A stretch of 64,000 nucleotides of DNA from Candidatus Latescibacterota bacterium (GTDB lineage Bacteria > Latescibacterota > CBDEFO01), in assembly GCA_965248755.1 (NCBI GenBank), contig OZ252149.1:2016001-2080000 (forward strand), in the 5' to 3' direction. The notes below the pieces were generated by a model that did no database searches, was not told the origin of the DNA, and worked only from the letters and a program-made list of their open reading frames with translations. The number at the start of each line of letters is the position of its first letter. The first letter of the stretch is position 1. The translations under genes were made by a program, and so were the position numbers. Positions 40,465-50,575 of this stretch are shown here, piece by piece.

Positions 40465-41391
40465 CTACATGTTTAGGTACTTCTGAAGATCGCCGACCCG
40501 ATAGAGAACGCCTAGATTCTCTCTTCTTTTTTCGTATTTTTCAACGACCGTGCTGTGGAAGTCGACCAGCACATAGCCGTTGTCGAAATAGTGTTGAAAT
40601 ATGCGGCGGGTCTTCCGTCTCCAATCTAAAAGCACATCAAATTTCCCCTGCTGCTTTATCGTCTGGAGGTCGCCGGGGATCTGCACGATTGCATAGGGAG
40701 TCTCCACAGCCAGGTCAATTTGATCACTGCAAACCTGATAATAACCCATACTATCGACCCTATTGACGACCACAGCTTGCCCCGATTCGATAAGCTCCTT
40801 TGGATTCGTTCTGTATGCCTGGGGAGCACAGGTGTGACTCCTACTTTGCAGGATACTTTCTACTCTCTTGCTTCTGATCCACCACTCAAGCTGAAATCTG
40901 TCCGCTATATCACCCTCATTCCTTTCCCCTGGGTTCAATGCTCCCTGGTAGGGGTCTTCGAGATACTCTCTGGCAATCCCGCCCAGGTTGGATACGTTGA
41001 GACTGGTATTCCCCCCCTCTAAGGGATCAAAGGTCCATCGAATTTCGTCAACTCCAGACAAACGGGCGTGTTCTCTTTGGGCAAGCTTCAGCTTGAATCC
41101 GACGCCCTTATTCCTGAACGTTCTATCGACCCCTAATATCTGAGAAAACTGATAGTATTTCTTCTTTTCGGGGTCCCAGGCGGAAAATGCAAGGGCAAAG
41201 CCGACCACTTTTCCTTTATATGACGCTATCTTGGCAGAGCCGCCGATCTTGCTTTGGATCAGATAGAGCTGAGGGGGATAGCACTCCCGAAAATCGGAGT
41301 AGCCCCAGATCGCCTTCTGGAGTTCTGGACATTCGACTCTGACCTGCTCGGGGTCCTGTATATCTGTTATTATGACGTCATCTTCAACCAT
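40465..41391 (-). CDS. GNAT-family acyltransferase (D-amino acid N-succinyltransferase-like)
   Basis: LQKAIWG, SQILGV..FRNKGVGFKLKLAQR, WTFDPL and DRFQLEW motifs; start uncertain (41391 or 41421). Confidence 0.82.
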   Translation of the reverse strand: MVEDDVIITDIQDPEQVRVECPELQKAIWGYSDFRECYPPQLYLIQSKIGGSAKIASYKGKVVGFALAFSAWDPEKKKYYQFSQILGVDRTFRNKGVGFKLKLAQREHARLSGVDEIRWTFDPLEGGNTSLNVSNLGGIAREYLEDPYQGALNPGERNEGDIADRFQLEWWIRSKRVESILQSRSHTCAPQAYRTNPKELIESGQAVVVNRVDSMGYYQVCSDQIDLAVETPYAIVQIPGDLQTIKQQGKFDVLLDWRRKTRRIFQHYFDNGYVLVDFHSTVVEKYEKRRENLGVLYRVGDLQKYLNM

Positions 41392-41665
41392 GATAGTGTT
41401 AGTATATATTGAAACGTTCAAAAGTCAAGGACATTCTGTCCCACCTTCCATTGGGGGTCTTGCTCTTATTTTCCTTGACGTTCTACACAAAATTTAGCAT
41501 TTTTTTACTATAAGCTGTATCCTATTTGGTATCCTATTTGAACTGATGGCTGAAATATCTCAGGTCGCTCCTCCATTTAAAAACTCTGCGAATCGACAAA
41601 GTCATGTAATAATTTTAGGTTAAATGTACTCAATAACATATCAATATAAAATAGGGGGACAAGAA

Positions 41666-43048
41666 ATGGTGTGTTCGATGGACATACTGAGATATGGTAA
41701 AGGAGCACTATTTCTATTCCTGCTAGCCATCGGGGCCACAACTGCGCCGACCTCCTACGGTCAGGCAAAGCAACTAATGACCTTAGAGGAAGGGCTGCGC
41801 ATGGCGCTGGAGAGGAACGAGGCGATCCTGATGTCGCAGGAGGGCCTCCGCAGTTCGCACCAGCAGATCCGGGAGGCCCGGTCAGATGCGTTTCCGCAGA
41901 TTGACCTCTCTGTAGATTACGACCGCAACTGGCTCCTGCCGAGTTTTATCTTCGACATCCCCGACTCGGTCAGACAGTCCGTTACAGTGGGGACGCACAA
42001 CAATATCAACGGAGTAGTGAGCCTGAGGCAGGTGCTCTACAACGGAGGAAAGATAGGTGCCGCACGGAGGGTGGCGCAGCTCTTTGTCGACTTTTCCAGG
42101 GAGGATGTCCGCGCAGCGCGTCACCAGGTGATGGCCGAGGTGGAGATCTCCTTCTACGACCATCTGTTAGCCGGGGATCTGGTTAAGGTAAGTCGGCTCT
42201 CACTGGAGCGGGCCAAAGCCAATCTGATCCAGGTGCAGTCGCTCAATCGTGCAGGTCGGGTCTCGGACTACGATCTACTGCGAGCGGAGGTTCGTGTGGC
42301 ACAGCTCCTCCCCCATTCAAGCCGCGCCCAGAACAACCTCATATTGACCCAGATGGCCTTCAAAAACACCATCGGAATGGACCTGGACCGCCAAATGGAG
42401 GTGGTCGGGGAGTTCCGAGAGGAGACCTCATTAGAGATGAGTCGCCTGGAGGATATAGTACGCACGGCTTTGGAGCTTCGCCCGGAGATGCGCCAGGTTA
42501 TGCATCGGGTCAGAATGCGCAGGAAGGCGATAGAGGTCGTTCAGGCAGAATCCCGTCCTTCTGTAAGCCTGCAGGTGGACGGACTACTTCAGATTCAAAG
42601 CAATCAGTTCCAGTTCGAAAGGGACGATGCGCGCCAGAGTTGGTCCACAGGGATATCGGTGGAGATGCCCCTGTTCGACGGCCTTCGCACAAAGGCGCAG
42701 GTGGCACAGGCCAGGATCGCTCTTCGCCGAGCCCAGATCGAGTCCGACCGACTCGAACGGAACATCCGGCTGGAGATCACCAGGTCGTGGTTAGAACTTC
42801 AAGAGGCAAAAGAGCGGATTCGGGCACAGGAGGGGACGGTAGCTCAAGCCGAACGTGGACTTGAGATCGCAGAGTCGCGTTACGCCAACGGCGTAGGCAC
42901 ACAACTTGAAGTTCTGGATGCGCAGCTGGCCCTGATCCAGGCAGAGACCGAATATAGCCAGAGCCTGAGAGACCGTGCCGTAGCACTGGTGGCGCTGGAA
43001 CTGGCCTCCGGGACGATCGGAGAACCTAAAGCAAAGGGAAAAAGATGA
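41666..43048 (+). CDS. TolC family outer membrane efflux protein
   Basis: Signal peptide; two OEP repeats; RYANGVGTQLEVLDAQ. Confidence 0.9.
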   Translation: MVCSMDILRYGKGALFLFLLAIGATTAPTSYGQAKQLMTLEEGLRMALERNEAILMSQEGLRSSHQQIREARSDAFPQIDLSVDYDRNWLLPSFIFDIPDSVRQSVTVGTHNNINGVVSLRQVLYNGGKIGAARRVAQLFVDFSREDVRAARHQVMAEVEISFYDHLLAGDLVKVSRLSLERAKANLIQVQSLNRAGRVSDYDLLRAEVRVAQLLPHSSRAQNNLILTQMAFKNTIGMDLDRQMEVVGEFREETSLEMSRLEDIVRTALELRPEMRQVMHRVRMRRKAIEVVQAESRPSVSLQVDGLLQIQSNQFQFERDDARQSWSTGISVEMPLFDGLRTKAQVAQARIALRRAQIESDRLERNIRLEITRSWLELQEAKERIRAQEGTVAQAERGLEIAESRYANGVGTQLEVLDAQLALIQAETEYSQSLRDRAVALVALELASGTIGEPKAKGKR

Positions 43049-44190
43049 GGAGAAAAGAGGAAACGATCAGTGTCTTTAAGGGAACGGGTACCCACTCGAA
43101 GAGAAGGGACGGGAGGAGGATGCCCTGTCTCCCCCGATTTAATCTATCGGGGGCTGCTGTCTACTGTCTACTTATGCTCTGTCAGATCGGATGCGGAGAG
43201 TCCGAAGACGGATCGGGGTCGGACGCAGCGGACACGGAGCGCGTAACGAACGTGGCTCTCTACGTCATCGATCCAGATACTCTGATTCAGTACAGCCGTC
43301 TTTTAACCACAGCCAGGGCCTGGAGGGAGGTGGAAGTCGGATTTCGGGAAGGAGGGACTGTGGCCGAGATATTTGCGGAGATGGGAGACCACGTGACGGA
43401 AGGTAAGATCTTAGCTCGTCTGGAGGCCGACCTGTTGGAAGCGGCATCTATAGAGGCGGAAGCCGGGCTTAAGTTCCAGAGCTACAACTACGAACGGGCA
43501 CAGCGTCTCTACGACGAGGGTTCGATCTCCGAATACGACCTCTACAAAGCCGAGTACAGCTTTAATCAGGCCAGGTCAAACGCTCAGACGATCCGTCATC
43601 GCCTGAAGCATGCGGTGCTGAGAGCGCCCTATAAAGGTGAGGTGGCAAAGCGCACGATCGAGATAGGTCAATTCGTACAGCCGGGAATTCCCGCCTTTCA
43701 GATAGTGCAGGTCGATAGGATAAAGGCAGAATCCTGGGTGCCTGAAAATGAGATCTCCGACTTTTCGGAAGGAGGAGAGGTGCAAGTCCGCTTCGACGCC
43801 TGTCCAAATGAGGTCTTCTTCGGAACCGTAGGCAGAGTAGGGCCCGCCGCCGATTCTGCCGGTCGGGTCTTCCCCATGGAGATCCACATGGACAACGTGG
43901 AAGGACAGGTTCGCCCGGGGATGATCGGAAGGCTCAAAGCAGTGCGTCGCATCTACCGGGAGGTGGTGGTCATCCCCAGAGAGGCGGTTCTGGAGAGGGA
44001 GGAAGGTCCGGCAGTCTTCGTGGTGAACAATGACGTCTCTCACCTGAGACATGTGACATTAGGGGCAGCAGAGGGTGCCCGCGTGATCGTGGAGAACGGG
44101 CTGGATTTCGAAGATCAGATCGTGGTGAAGGGAGGACGGTATCTCATCGACGGCGACAGGGTGAAGGTGATGGAGGTCATAGTAAAATGA
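43045..44190 (+). CDS. RND efflux periplasmic adaptor (MFP), lipoprotein
   Basis: ATGA overlap with TolC; QIGC lipobox; GDHVTEGKILARL, LRAPYKG and VRPGM motifs. Confidence 0.9.
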   Translation: MRRKEETISVFKGTGTHSKRRDGRRMPCLPRFNLSGAAVYCLLMLCQIGCGESEDGSGSDAADTERVTNVALYVIDPDTLIQYSRLLTTARAWREVEVGFREGGTVAEIFAEMGDHVTEGKILARLEADLLEAASIEAEAGLKFQSYNYERAQRLYDEGSISEYDLYKAEYSFNQARSNAQTIRHRLKHAVLRAPYKGEVAKRTIEIGQFVQPGIPAFQIVQVDRIKAESWVPENEISDFSEGGEVQVRFDACPNEVFFGTVGRVGPAADSAGRVFPMEIHMDNVEGQVRPGMIGRLKAVRRIYREVVVIPREAVLEREEGPAVFVVNNDVSHLRHVTLGAAEGARVIVENGLDFEDQIVVKGGRYLIDGDRVKVMEVIVK

Positions 44191-47100
44191 GGATAACAGA
44201 ATACGCCATCCGCCACCGGGTCACGGTCTACGTGCTTGCGATCATATTTATCCTCTTCGGGGGTTACTCGTACTGGTCGCTTCCGAGGGAGGCTGCGCCG
44301 GACATCACCATCCCCTTTATTATAGTCAGCACGCTCTACATCGGCGCGCCTCCGCAGGACGTAGAGAACCTCGTCACACGTCCTATCGAAAAGGAACTGC
44401 AGGGACTGGAGAACGTGAAGGAGATCAGATCCACGTCGGCGGAGGGCGGATCCACCATCTCCATCGAATTCAATCCGAACGTAGATATAGACGACGCCCT
44501 GCAGAAGGTCAAGGACAAGGTGGATCTGGCTAAACCCGACTTCCCCGAGGATACTGAGGATCCGATCGTAATGGAGATCAACTTCTCCGATATCCCGATG
44601 ATGATCGTCAATTTGGCCGGGGACTACGGTCTGATCCGTCTGAAGGAGATGGCTGAGGATCTGCAGGACGACATTGAGACGATCCCGGGGATACTGGAGG
44701 CGCGTATAGCCGGAGGATTGGAACGGGAAGTCAAGGTCGATGTGGATCCGGATCGACTGACGGCCTACGGTCTATCGATCCAGGACGTGATCGAGACGGT
44801 GCAGAGAGAAAATGTGACGCTGCCAGGGGGAAGTGTGGAAATGGGAAGCTACAAATACGCCGTGCGCGTGCCGGGGGAGTTTGAGGCCGTTACCCAGATC
44901 GACGACCTCATAATCGAGGCGATAGGAGGTCGTCCCGTCTATATCAAAGACGTGGCAGAGGTGAGCTACGGCTTCGAAGACCGTGTCAGCTACGCACGCC
45001 TCAACCGACAGTCGTGCGTGAGCCTCTCGGTGATCAAGCGGAGCGGCGAGAACCTGATCCAGATCTCCGACCAGGTGAAGGCCCTACTCGAAGGTAAAAG
45101 TAAGAATCTCCCCCCCGGAACACAGATGACGGTACTGGCCGACCAGTCGGACGATATCAGGATGATGGTCAAGGACCTGGAGAACAACATCATCTCCGGG
45201 CTGTTGCTTGTGGTAGTTGTGCTCTTTCTGTTCATGGGCGTGCGCAACTCCTTCTTCGTGGGGGTTGCTATACCCTTTTCGATGCTGATCTCGTTTATGA
45301 TCATCCAGGCGATAGGGATCACACTAAATATGGTGGTCCTCTTCGGTCTGATCCTGGCACTCGGGATGTTAGTGGACAATGCGATCGTCATCGTGGAGAA
45401 CATCTATCGACATCGGCAGGAGGGAAAAGGCAGAGATGAAGGGGCGCGCTTCGGGACGGACGAGGTCGCAGCTCCCGTGATCGCCTCGACCGTTACCACG
45501 CTCTGCGCCTTTGCACCGATGATCTTCTGGCCGGGGATTATGGGGGAATTTATGAAGTATCTGCCTATCACTTTGATAGTGGCGCTCTCCTCTTCTCTCT
45601 TTGTAGGATTGGTGATGAACCCCACGTTCTGTTCGTCCTTTATGACCGCGGGAGGGAAAAAAGAGGAGACTTCCCCGCGGCTTTTGAAGGTGCTCAGACA
45701 CTATCAGCGCATCCTGGAGGCGGCGCTTGACAGGCCGTGGCGGACGATGATGCTCGCTATGGGCACCCTGATTGCGGTGATCCTGCTCTACCGTCTCCTG
45801 GGCGTGGGTGTGGAGTTTTTCCCTGAGGTGGAGCCTGAGAAGGCCTACATAGACGTCCGCGCCCCTTCCGGGACCAACCTGGAGGAATCGGATCGGATCG
45901 TGAGGCACATCGAGGAGATATTGGAGGATATTCCGGACGTGGAGACCTTCGTCGCCAACGTTGGATCTTCAGGCGACGCTGAGGACTTTTCGTTCGAGGG
46001 AGGAGTACCTCACAAGAGCCGGGTGACGATCGACTTCGTGGAGGAAGACCAGCGTCAACAGTCCAGCTTCAAGACTGTGGAGGAGATACGGTCGAAGCTG
46101 TCGAAGATCACCGGCGCCCAGATCGAGATCAGCAAGGAGCGGTCGGGTCCCCCCACTGGCGCCCCGATTAGCGTGGAGATCTCAGGGGAGGATTTCAGAG
46201 TTCTGGGCGATCTTGCCCAGAAGGTGAAGAGAATCACAGCAGGAGTGCCCGGAGTAGTGGACCTTCGGGACAACTACGACCGGGGGCGTCCGGAGATGCA
46301 CATTCTCGTGGATCGAGAGGAGGCCGCCCTGGCGGGACTGGATACACGGCTCATCGCCTCCACAGTCCGCTCGGCCATCTACGGCACAGAGGCGTCGGAA
46401 TACCGCGTGGGGGAGGACGAGTACAACATCCGGGTGCGCTTCAGACCGGATCGGCGCAGGAGCCTTTCAGATCTGGAGCGGATCATGGTGGAACAGGACG
46501 GGCAACTGATCCCGCTGAGTACGATTGCAAGGGTAGAGACGAGCGGAGGGTTTGGGAGTATACAGCGCAAAGATCTCAAGCGAATGGTCACAGTGGAGGG
46601 GAAGGTCGAGGGGCGTACGTCGGATGCAGCCCTCAAGGACGTGCAGGCGGCGCTGGCCGAGTTTCATCTCCCCCCGGGCTACCGTATCGACTACTCCGGA
46701 GAGAACGAAGAACAGCAAGCGGCGGAGGACTTTCTGATCAAGGCGTTCGTGGTCGCTATCTTCGCGATCGCCCTGGTGCTGATCACACACTTTAACTCAG
46801 TCCTTCTGCCTTTGGCGGTCCTCTCGTCGGTGGTCCTCTCCCTCATCGGTGTCCTGATCGGTCTCCTGGTGATGCGCATGCCCTTCGGCGTGATCATGAC
46901 GGGAATCGGGGTCATCAGCCTTGCGGGAGTGGTGGTCAACAACGCCATCGTGATGATCGATTACACCTTAAAGCTGAGGGATCGAGGCCTTCCCCCCCGA
47001 CAGGCCATAGTTCAAGCCGGGCTGACTCGATTCCGTCCGGTCATCCTGACGGCGATCACGACCATTTTGGGCCTTATCCCCCTTTCGACCGGCATCAGCT

Positions 47101-47264
47101 TCGACTTCTTCACGTTCAGCTGGGAGATCGGAGGCAGGAGCAGTCAGTGGTGGGGACCGATGGGCGTAGCCGTGATCTTCGGGCTTGCTTTCGCTACGAC
47201 ATTGACCTTGATAGTGGTTCCGGTGATTGTCAGTCTGATCTGGCGGATAACAGAACAGGAATAG
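44187..47264 (+). CDS. AcrB/AcrD/AcrF family RND permease
   Basis: 1025 aa; GMLVDNAIVIVENI, GVVVNNAIVMID and RFRPVILTAITTILGLIPL motifs. Confidence 0.95.
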   Translation: MRITEYAIRHRVTVYVLAIIFILFGGYSYWSLPREAAPDITIPFIIVSTLYIGAPPQDVENLVTRPIEKELQGLENVKEIRSTSAEGGSTISIEFNPNVDIDDALQKVKDKVDLAKPDFPEDTEDPIVMEINFSDIPMMIVNLAGDYGLIRLKEMAEDLQDDIETIPGILEARIAGGLEREVKVDVDPDRLTAYGLSIQDVIETVQRENVTLPGGSVEMGSYKYAVRVPGEFEAVTQIDDLIIEAIGGRPVYIKDVAEVSYGFEDRVSYARLNRQSCVSLSVIKRSGENLIQISDQVKALLEGKSKNLPPGTQMTVLADQSDDIRMMVKDLENNIISGLLLVVVVLFLFMGVRNSFFVGVAIPFSMLISFMIIQAIGITLNMVVLFGLILALGMLVDNAIVIVENIYRHRQEGKGRDEGARFGTDEVAAPVIASTVTTLCAFAPMIFWPGIMGEFMKYLPITLIVALSSSLFVGLVMNPTFCSSFMTAGGKKEETSPRLLKVLRHYQRILEAALDRPWRTMMLAMGTLIAVILLYRLLGVGVEFFPEVEPEKAYIDVRAPSGTNLEESDRIVRHIEEILEDIPDVETFVANVGSSGDAEDFSFEGGVPHKSRVTIDFVEEDQRQQSSFKTVEEIRSKLSKITGAQIEISKERSGPPTGAPISVEISGEDFRVLGDLAQKVKRITAGVPGVVDLRDNYDRGRPEMHILVDREEAALAGLDTRLIASTVRSAIYGTEASEYRVGEDEYNIRVRFRPDRRRSLSDLERIMVEQDGQLIPLSTIARVETSGGFGSIQRKDLKRMVTVEGKVEGRTSDAALKDVQAALAEFHLPPGYRIDYSGENEEQQAAEDFLIKAFVVAIFAIALVLITHFNSVLLPLAVLSSVVLSLIGVLIGLLVMRMPFGVIMTGIGVISLAGVVVNNAIVMIDYTLKLRDRGLPPRQAIVQAGLTRFRPVILTAITTILGLIPLSTGISFDFFTFSWEIGGRSSQWWGPMGVAVIFGLAFATTLTLIVVPVIVSLIWRITEQE

Positions 47265-47439
47265 AGTTGCTAAGGAAGATGAGAGTTTTTTTGAAAAATA
47301 CCTTCTCAAGAAGTATGAACAGCCTGGCCGCAGTGTTAGCAGCCAAGATCTCGGATAAATTAGGCGGAGAGCACGTTTAGGTGGAGGACTTGTTAGAAGG
47401 CGATAAATACGCAAGATTCAGATTGAAGGAGCAAAGATA

Positions 47440-48069
47440 ATGAAAGAGGACAATTCCTACGATCAAACGTATGCAAGTCAAGAATACTATTGGGGAAAGA
47501 AACCCTCCGCCATATGCGATAGAATTATAGAAATTATCCGACCCAGCTTGGACTTTCATCCCAAGCTACTGGACCTGGGTTGTGGTGAAGGAAGAAACGC
47601 TGTCTATTTTGCCAAACATGGTTTTGAGGTTATCGGCCTCGATGCGTCTTTGGTTGGCCTGGGGAAAACAACGGCGTACGCTGAGAAAGTTGGAGGTCAC
47701 ATTGAAACGATCCACGCTGACATTGTAAACTACGAGTTTGAAGATACCTACGACGTCATCTTCTCGACAGGAACTTTACAGTATCTGCCGCCTGGAGTAC
47801 GAGACCAACGTTTCCAGAACTACAAGGATTGCACTTCGCATAATGGCATCAACGCACTCTCTGTATTTGTGAGAAAGCCATTCATTCCGAGAGCGCCGGA
47901 CGCAGAAGAGACAGCCTTCCCTTACAGATCTGGCGAGTTGATGAGCTATTACTGGGACTGGGAGATCCTCTACTGCACAGAGCATATCTTTGACTGTATG
48001 TCCAGCGGCGTTCCTCACAAACACGCTGTCAACAGGATAATAGCCAGGAGGTATCGTAAAGGAGGATAA
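47440..48069 (+). CDS. Class I SAM methyltransferase (TehB-like)
   Basis: YYWG, LLDLGCGEGRNAVYFA and GINA motifs. Confidence 0.88.
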   Translation: MKEDNSYDQTYASQEYYWGKKPSAICDRIIEIIRPSLDFHPKLLDLGCGEGRNAVYFAKHGFEVIGLDASLVGLGKTTAYAEKVGGHIETIHADIVNYEFEDTYDVIFSTGTLQYLPPGVRDQRFQNYKDCTSHNGINALSVFVRKPFIPRAPDAEETAFPYRSGELMSYYWDWEILYCTEHIFDCMSSGVPHKHAVNRIIARRYRKGG

Positions 48070-48070
48070 T

Positions 48071-48226
48071 ATGAAGACGTACCTTGTCGCTATTGTGGGT
48101 CTGGGCCGGATGGGAAGCACCATCGACGAGGGAGTAGTTGATTATCCTGTGGTTACACTGCCCTATTCGATTGCGGCATCTGCCTCTTATCGCTGGCTCA
48201 GCTACTCTGCAAGTACACGATACTAA
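48071..48226 (+). pseudogene. N-terminal fragment of a Gfo/Idh/MocA oxidoreductase
   Basis: GGAGG RBS; MKTYLVAIVGLGRMGSTID..LPYSIA, then a premature stop. Confidence 0.65.
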
Positions 48227-48267
48227 GGAGGGGAGCCAGTGCACCCACCGTCTAACTCCGATTGAAT

Positions 48268-49548
48268 CTATCGAGGGCATGTGTCTCCTGCCCTTCGTCC
48301 TATATCCCTCCTGTAATGCATCCCATCGAAGTGTATCTTCTCCATAGCCTCGTAAGCCACTGAGATCGTATCGTTGAGGTCATATCCTAAGGCAGTGATC
48401 CCAAGTACCCTTCCGCCGCTGGTGACTACTTTGCCGTCTTTTATTGTCGTTCCGGCGTGGAAGACAAGCACATCTTCGAGTCTCTCTACCAAATCGAGTC
48501 CGCTGATGGGCACTCCGACTTCGTAGTCCCCGGGATAACCTCCCGACGCCGCTACGACGCATACCGCGGCTCTGTAGGAGTTTTTGAAGGCGACATCTTT
48601 AAGATCGCCGTCTATTACGGCTGTGATGACTTCTACTATGTCGTTCTCGATAAGCGGAAGCGTGACCTGCGCCTCCGGGTCGCCGAACCTGCTGTTGAAC
48701 TCAATGACCTTCGGGCCGTCGTCCGTGACGATAAGACCTCCGTAGAGGACGCCTTTATACTCTCTCCCCTCCTCCCTGAGACCCTCTATAGTGGGGCGAA
48801 TTATCCTGTCAACTATCTGGCTCATGATCTCATCAGTCACCAAAGCCGCGGGGGCGTAGGCCCCCATCCCACCTGTGTTCGGCCCTTCATCGTTATCGAA
48901 CGCCCTCTTATGATCCTGAGATGAGACGAGAAGCACCATGTCACTCCCGTCCGTTATAGCGAATATGGACGTCTCCTCACCTTCCAGATATTCCTCTATA
49001 ACTACACTATCACCTGCCCCCCCGAATACCCTCTCCTTCATTATGGAATACAGAGCCTTTTCGGCTTCGTCCTCACTCACCGCGACGATAACACCCTTTC
49101 CTTTAGCCAGACCCGACGCCTTTACGACTATAGGAGCTCCCACGTCCTTGAGGTATCCTGAAGCCTCGTCGTAGTCGGTAAAAGTCTGATATTGAGCGGT
49201 CGGGATGCCGTGCCTTGCCATAAAGTCCTTGGCAAAGGCCTTGCTCCACTCGATCTGGGAGGCGGCTTTTGTAGGACCGAATATCCTCTGTCCACTCTCC
49301 TGGAAACGATCCACTATCCCCATAGCGAGGGGATCGTCAGGACCCACGACAGTTATATCTATCTCTTCTTTGATGGCTAATTCCAGAAGTCCCTCTATGT
49401 CCTCCGCCTTTATGGGGACGCACTGGGCAATGCCATCTATTCCGGCGTTCCCGGGGGCGGCGAATATCTTCTTGACGTTGGGACTTTGAGCCATCTTCCA
49501 GACGAGCGTATGTTCCCGCCCTCCGCTTCCTATGACTAATATCTTAAT
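48268..49548 (-). CDS. purD: Phosphoribosylamine-glycine ligase, ATT start codon
   Basis: KILVIGSGGREH begins right after ATT at 49548, behind GAGGTG; GLAKGKGV, QDHKRA, GPNTGGMG, EFNSRFGDPE and SGGRVL motifs. Confidence 0.95.
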   Translation of the reverse strand: MKILVIGSGGREHTLVWKMAQSPNVKKIFAAPGNAGIDGIAQCVPIKAEDIEGLLELAIKEEIDITVVGPDDPLAMGIVDRFQESGQRIFGPTKAASQIEWSKAFAKDFMARHGIPTAQYQTFTDYDEASGYLKDVGAPIVVKASGLAKGKGVIVAVSEDEAEKALYSIMKERVFGGAGDSVVIEEYLEGEETSIFAITDGSDMVLLVSSQDHKRAFDNDEGPNTGGMGAYAPAALVTDEIMSQIVDRIIRPTIEGLREEGREYKGVLYGGLIVTDDGPKVIEFNSRFGDPEAQVTLPLIENDIVEVITAVIDGDLKDVAFKNSYRAAVCVVAASGGYPGDYEVGVPISGLDLVERLEDVLVFHAGTTIKDGKVVTSGGRVLGITALGYDLNDTISVAYEAMEKIHFDGMHYRRDIGRRAGDTCPR

Positions 49549-49586
49549 TTAACACCTCACGAAAGTCACATCTGTGTCGATTGTCA

Positions 49587-49612
49587 GGGCAGACACGCGG
49601 GTTCGCCCCTAC
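49587..49612 (-). repeat. GTAG-type REP
   Basis: GGGCAGACACGCGGGTTCGCCCCTAC. Confidence 0.75.
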
Positions 49613-50548
49613 TTATTGCCAATATCCGAACTCTCTCAGATCCGAATCCTTATTTCTCCAATCTTTTCTGACCTTGACCCACAGGTCTAAATATACGGGT
49701 GTTTGGAGGAAATCCTCTATTTTGACTCTGGACGCCCTGCCTATGGATTTGAGCGACCTCCCCTTTGCACCTATGACGATGCCCTTTTGAGATTCTCTCT
49801 CCACAAATATATTGGCGCTGATGTAGGTCTTTTCTCCTCTCTTTGTGAATTCCTCTACAAGCACGGCTGTCGAGTACGGGATCTCCTCTCTCAACTGGTC
49901 GAACACCTCCTCCCGTATCAACTCCGAGACGAAGAACCTTTCAGGTTGTTCAGCGATCACGTCCTCCGGATAGAGACGAGGACCAGAAGGGAGATATTTT
50001 TCGAGCAGGACTCTAAGTCGATCCAGATTTCTTCCGTAGAGCGCCGAGACGGGTATCACTTCATCTTTTGATTCAAGCTTGACCAGTTGGGAGATCATTA
50101 CGATTACTTCATCAGATGAGATCAAGTCTGCCTTGTTGAGCGCAAGAATTAGCGGAATCCTTATATCCTGAAGCCTGTTCTTTATATGCTCATCGAAAGT
50201 GTCCTCAAAGCGACACGCATCTACCATCAACAGGGCCACGTCTGCCTCTTTTATTGAGTGGTCTAGCTGTCTGCCCATAGCCTCCTGGAGTCTGTATTTG
50301 GGCTTTAGAACACCGGGCGTATCCAGGAAGATCATCTGAGACGTTGCACTCGTCGCTATGCCCAGGACGTTTGTTCTAGTGGTCTGCGCCTTGGGCGTGA
50401 CGATGGAGAGCTTCTGTCCTATAAGCGCGTTAAACAGCGTAGACTTGCCGACATTGGGCTTTCCTATTATGGCCACATAGCCGCTTTTGTATGCGTCACC
50501 TGGGGAGATATCCCCCTCTTTATTCGTGTCTTTCAAGGATTGTTCCAT
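49613..50548 (-). CDS. era: GTPase Era
   Basis: GKPNVGKST, QTTR, DTPG, NKAD, EEIPYS and KH-domain SQKGIVIG motifs. Confidence 0.97.
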   Translation of the reverse strand: MEQSLKDTNKEGDISPGDAYKSGYVAIIGKPNVGKSTLFNALIGQKLSIVTPKAQTTRTNVLGIATSATSQMIFLDTPGVLKPKYRLQEAMGRQLDHSIKEADVALLMVDACRFEDTFDEHIKNRLQDIRIPLILALNKADLISSDEVIVMISQLVKLESKDEVIPVSALYGRNLDRLRVLLEKYLPSGPRLYPEDVIAEQPERFFVSELIREEVFDQLREEIPYSTAVLVEEFTKRGEKTYISANIFVERESQKGIVIGAKGRSLKSIGRASRVKIEDFLQTPVYLDLWVKVRKDWRNKDSDLREFGYWQ

Positions 50549-50575
50549 ATCAGGAAGGGACGGAAGGACTCATCT

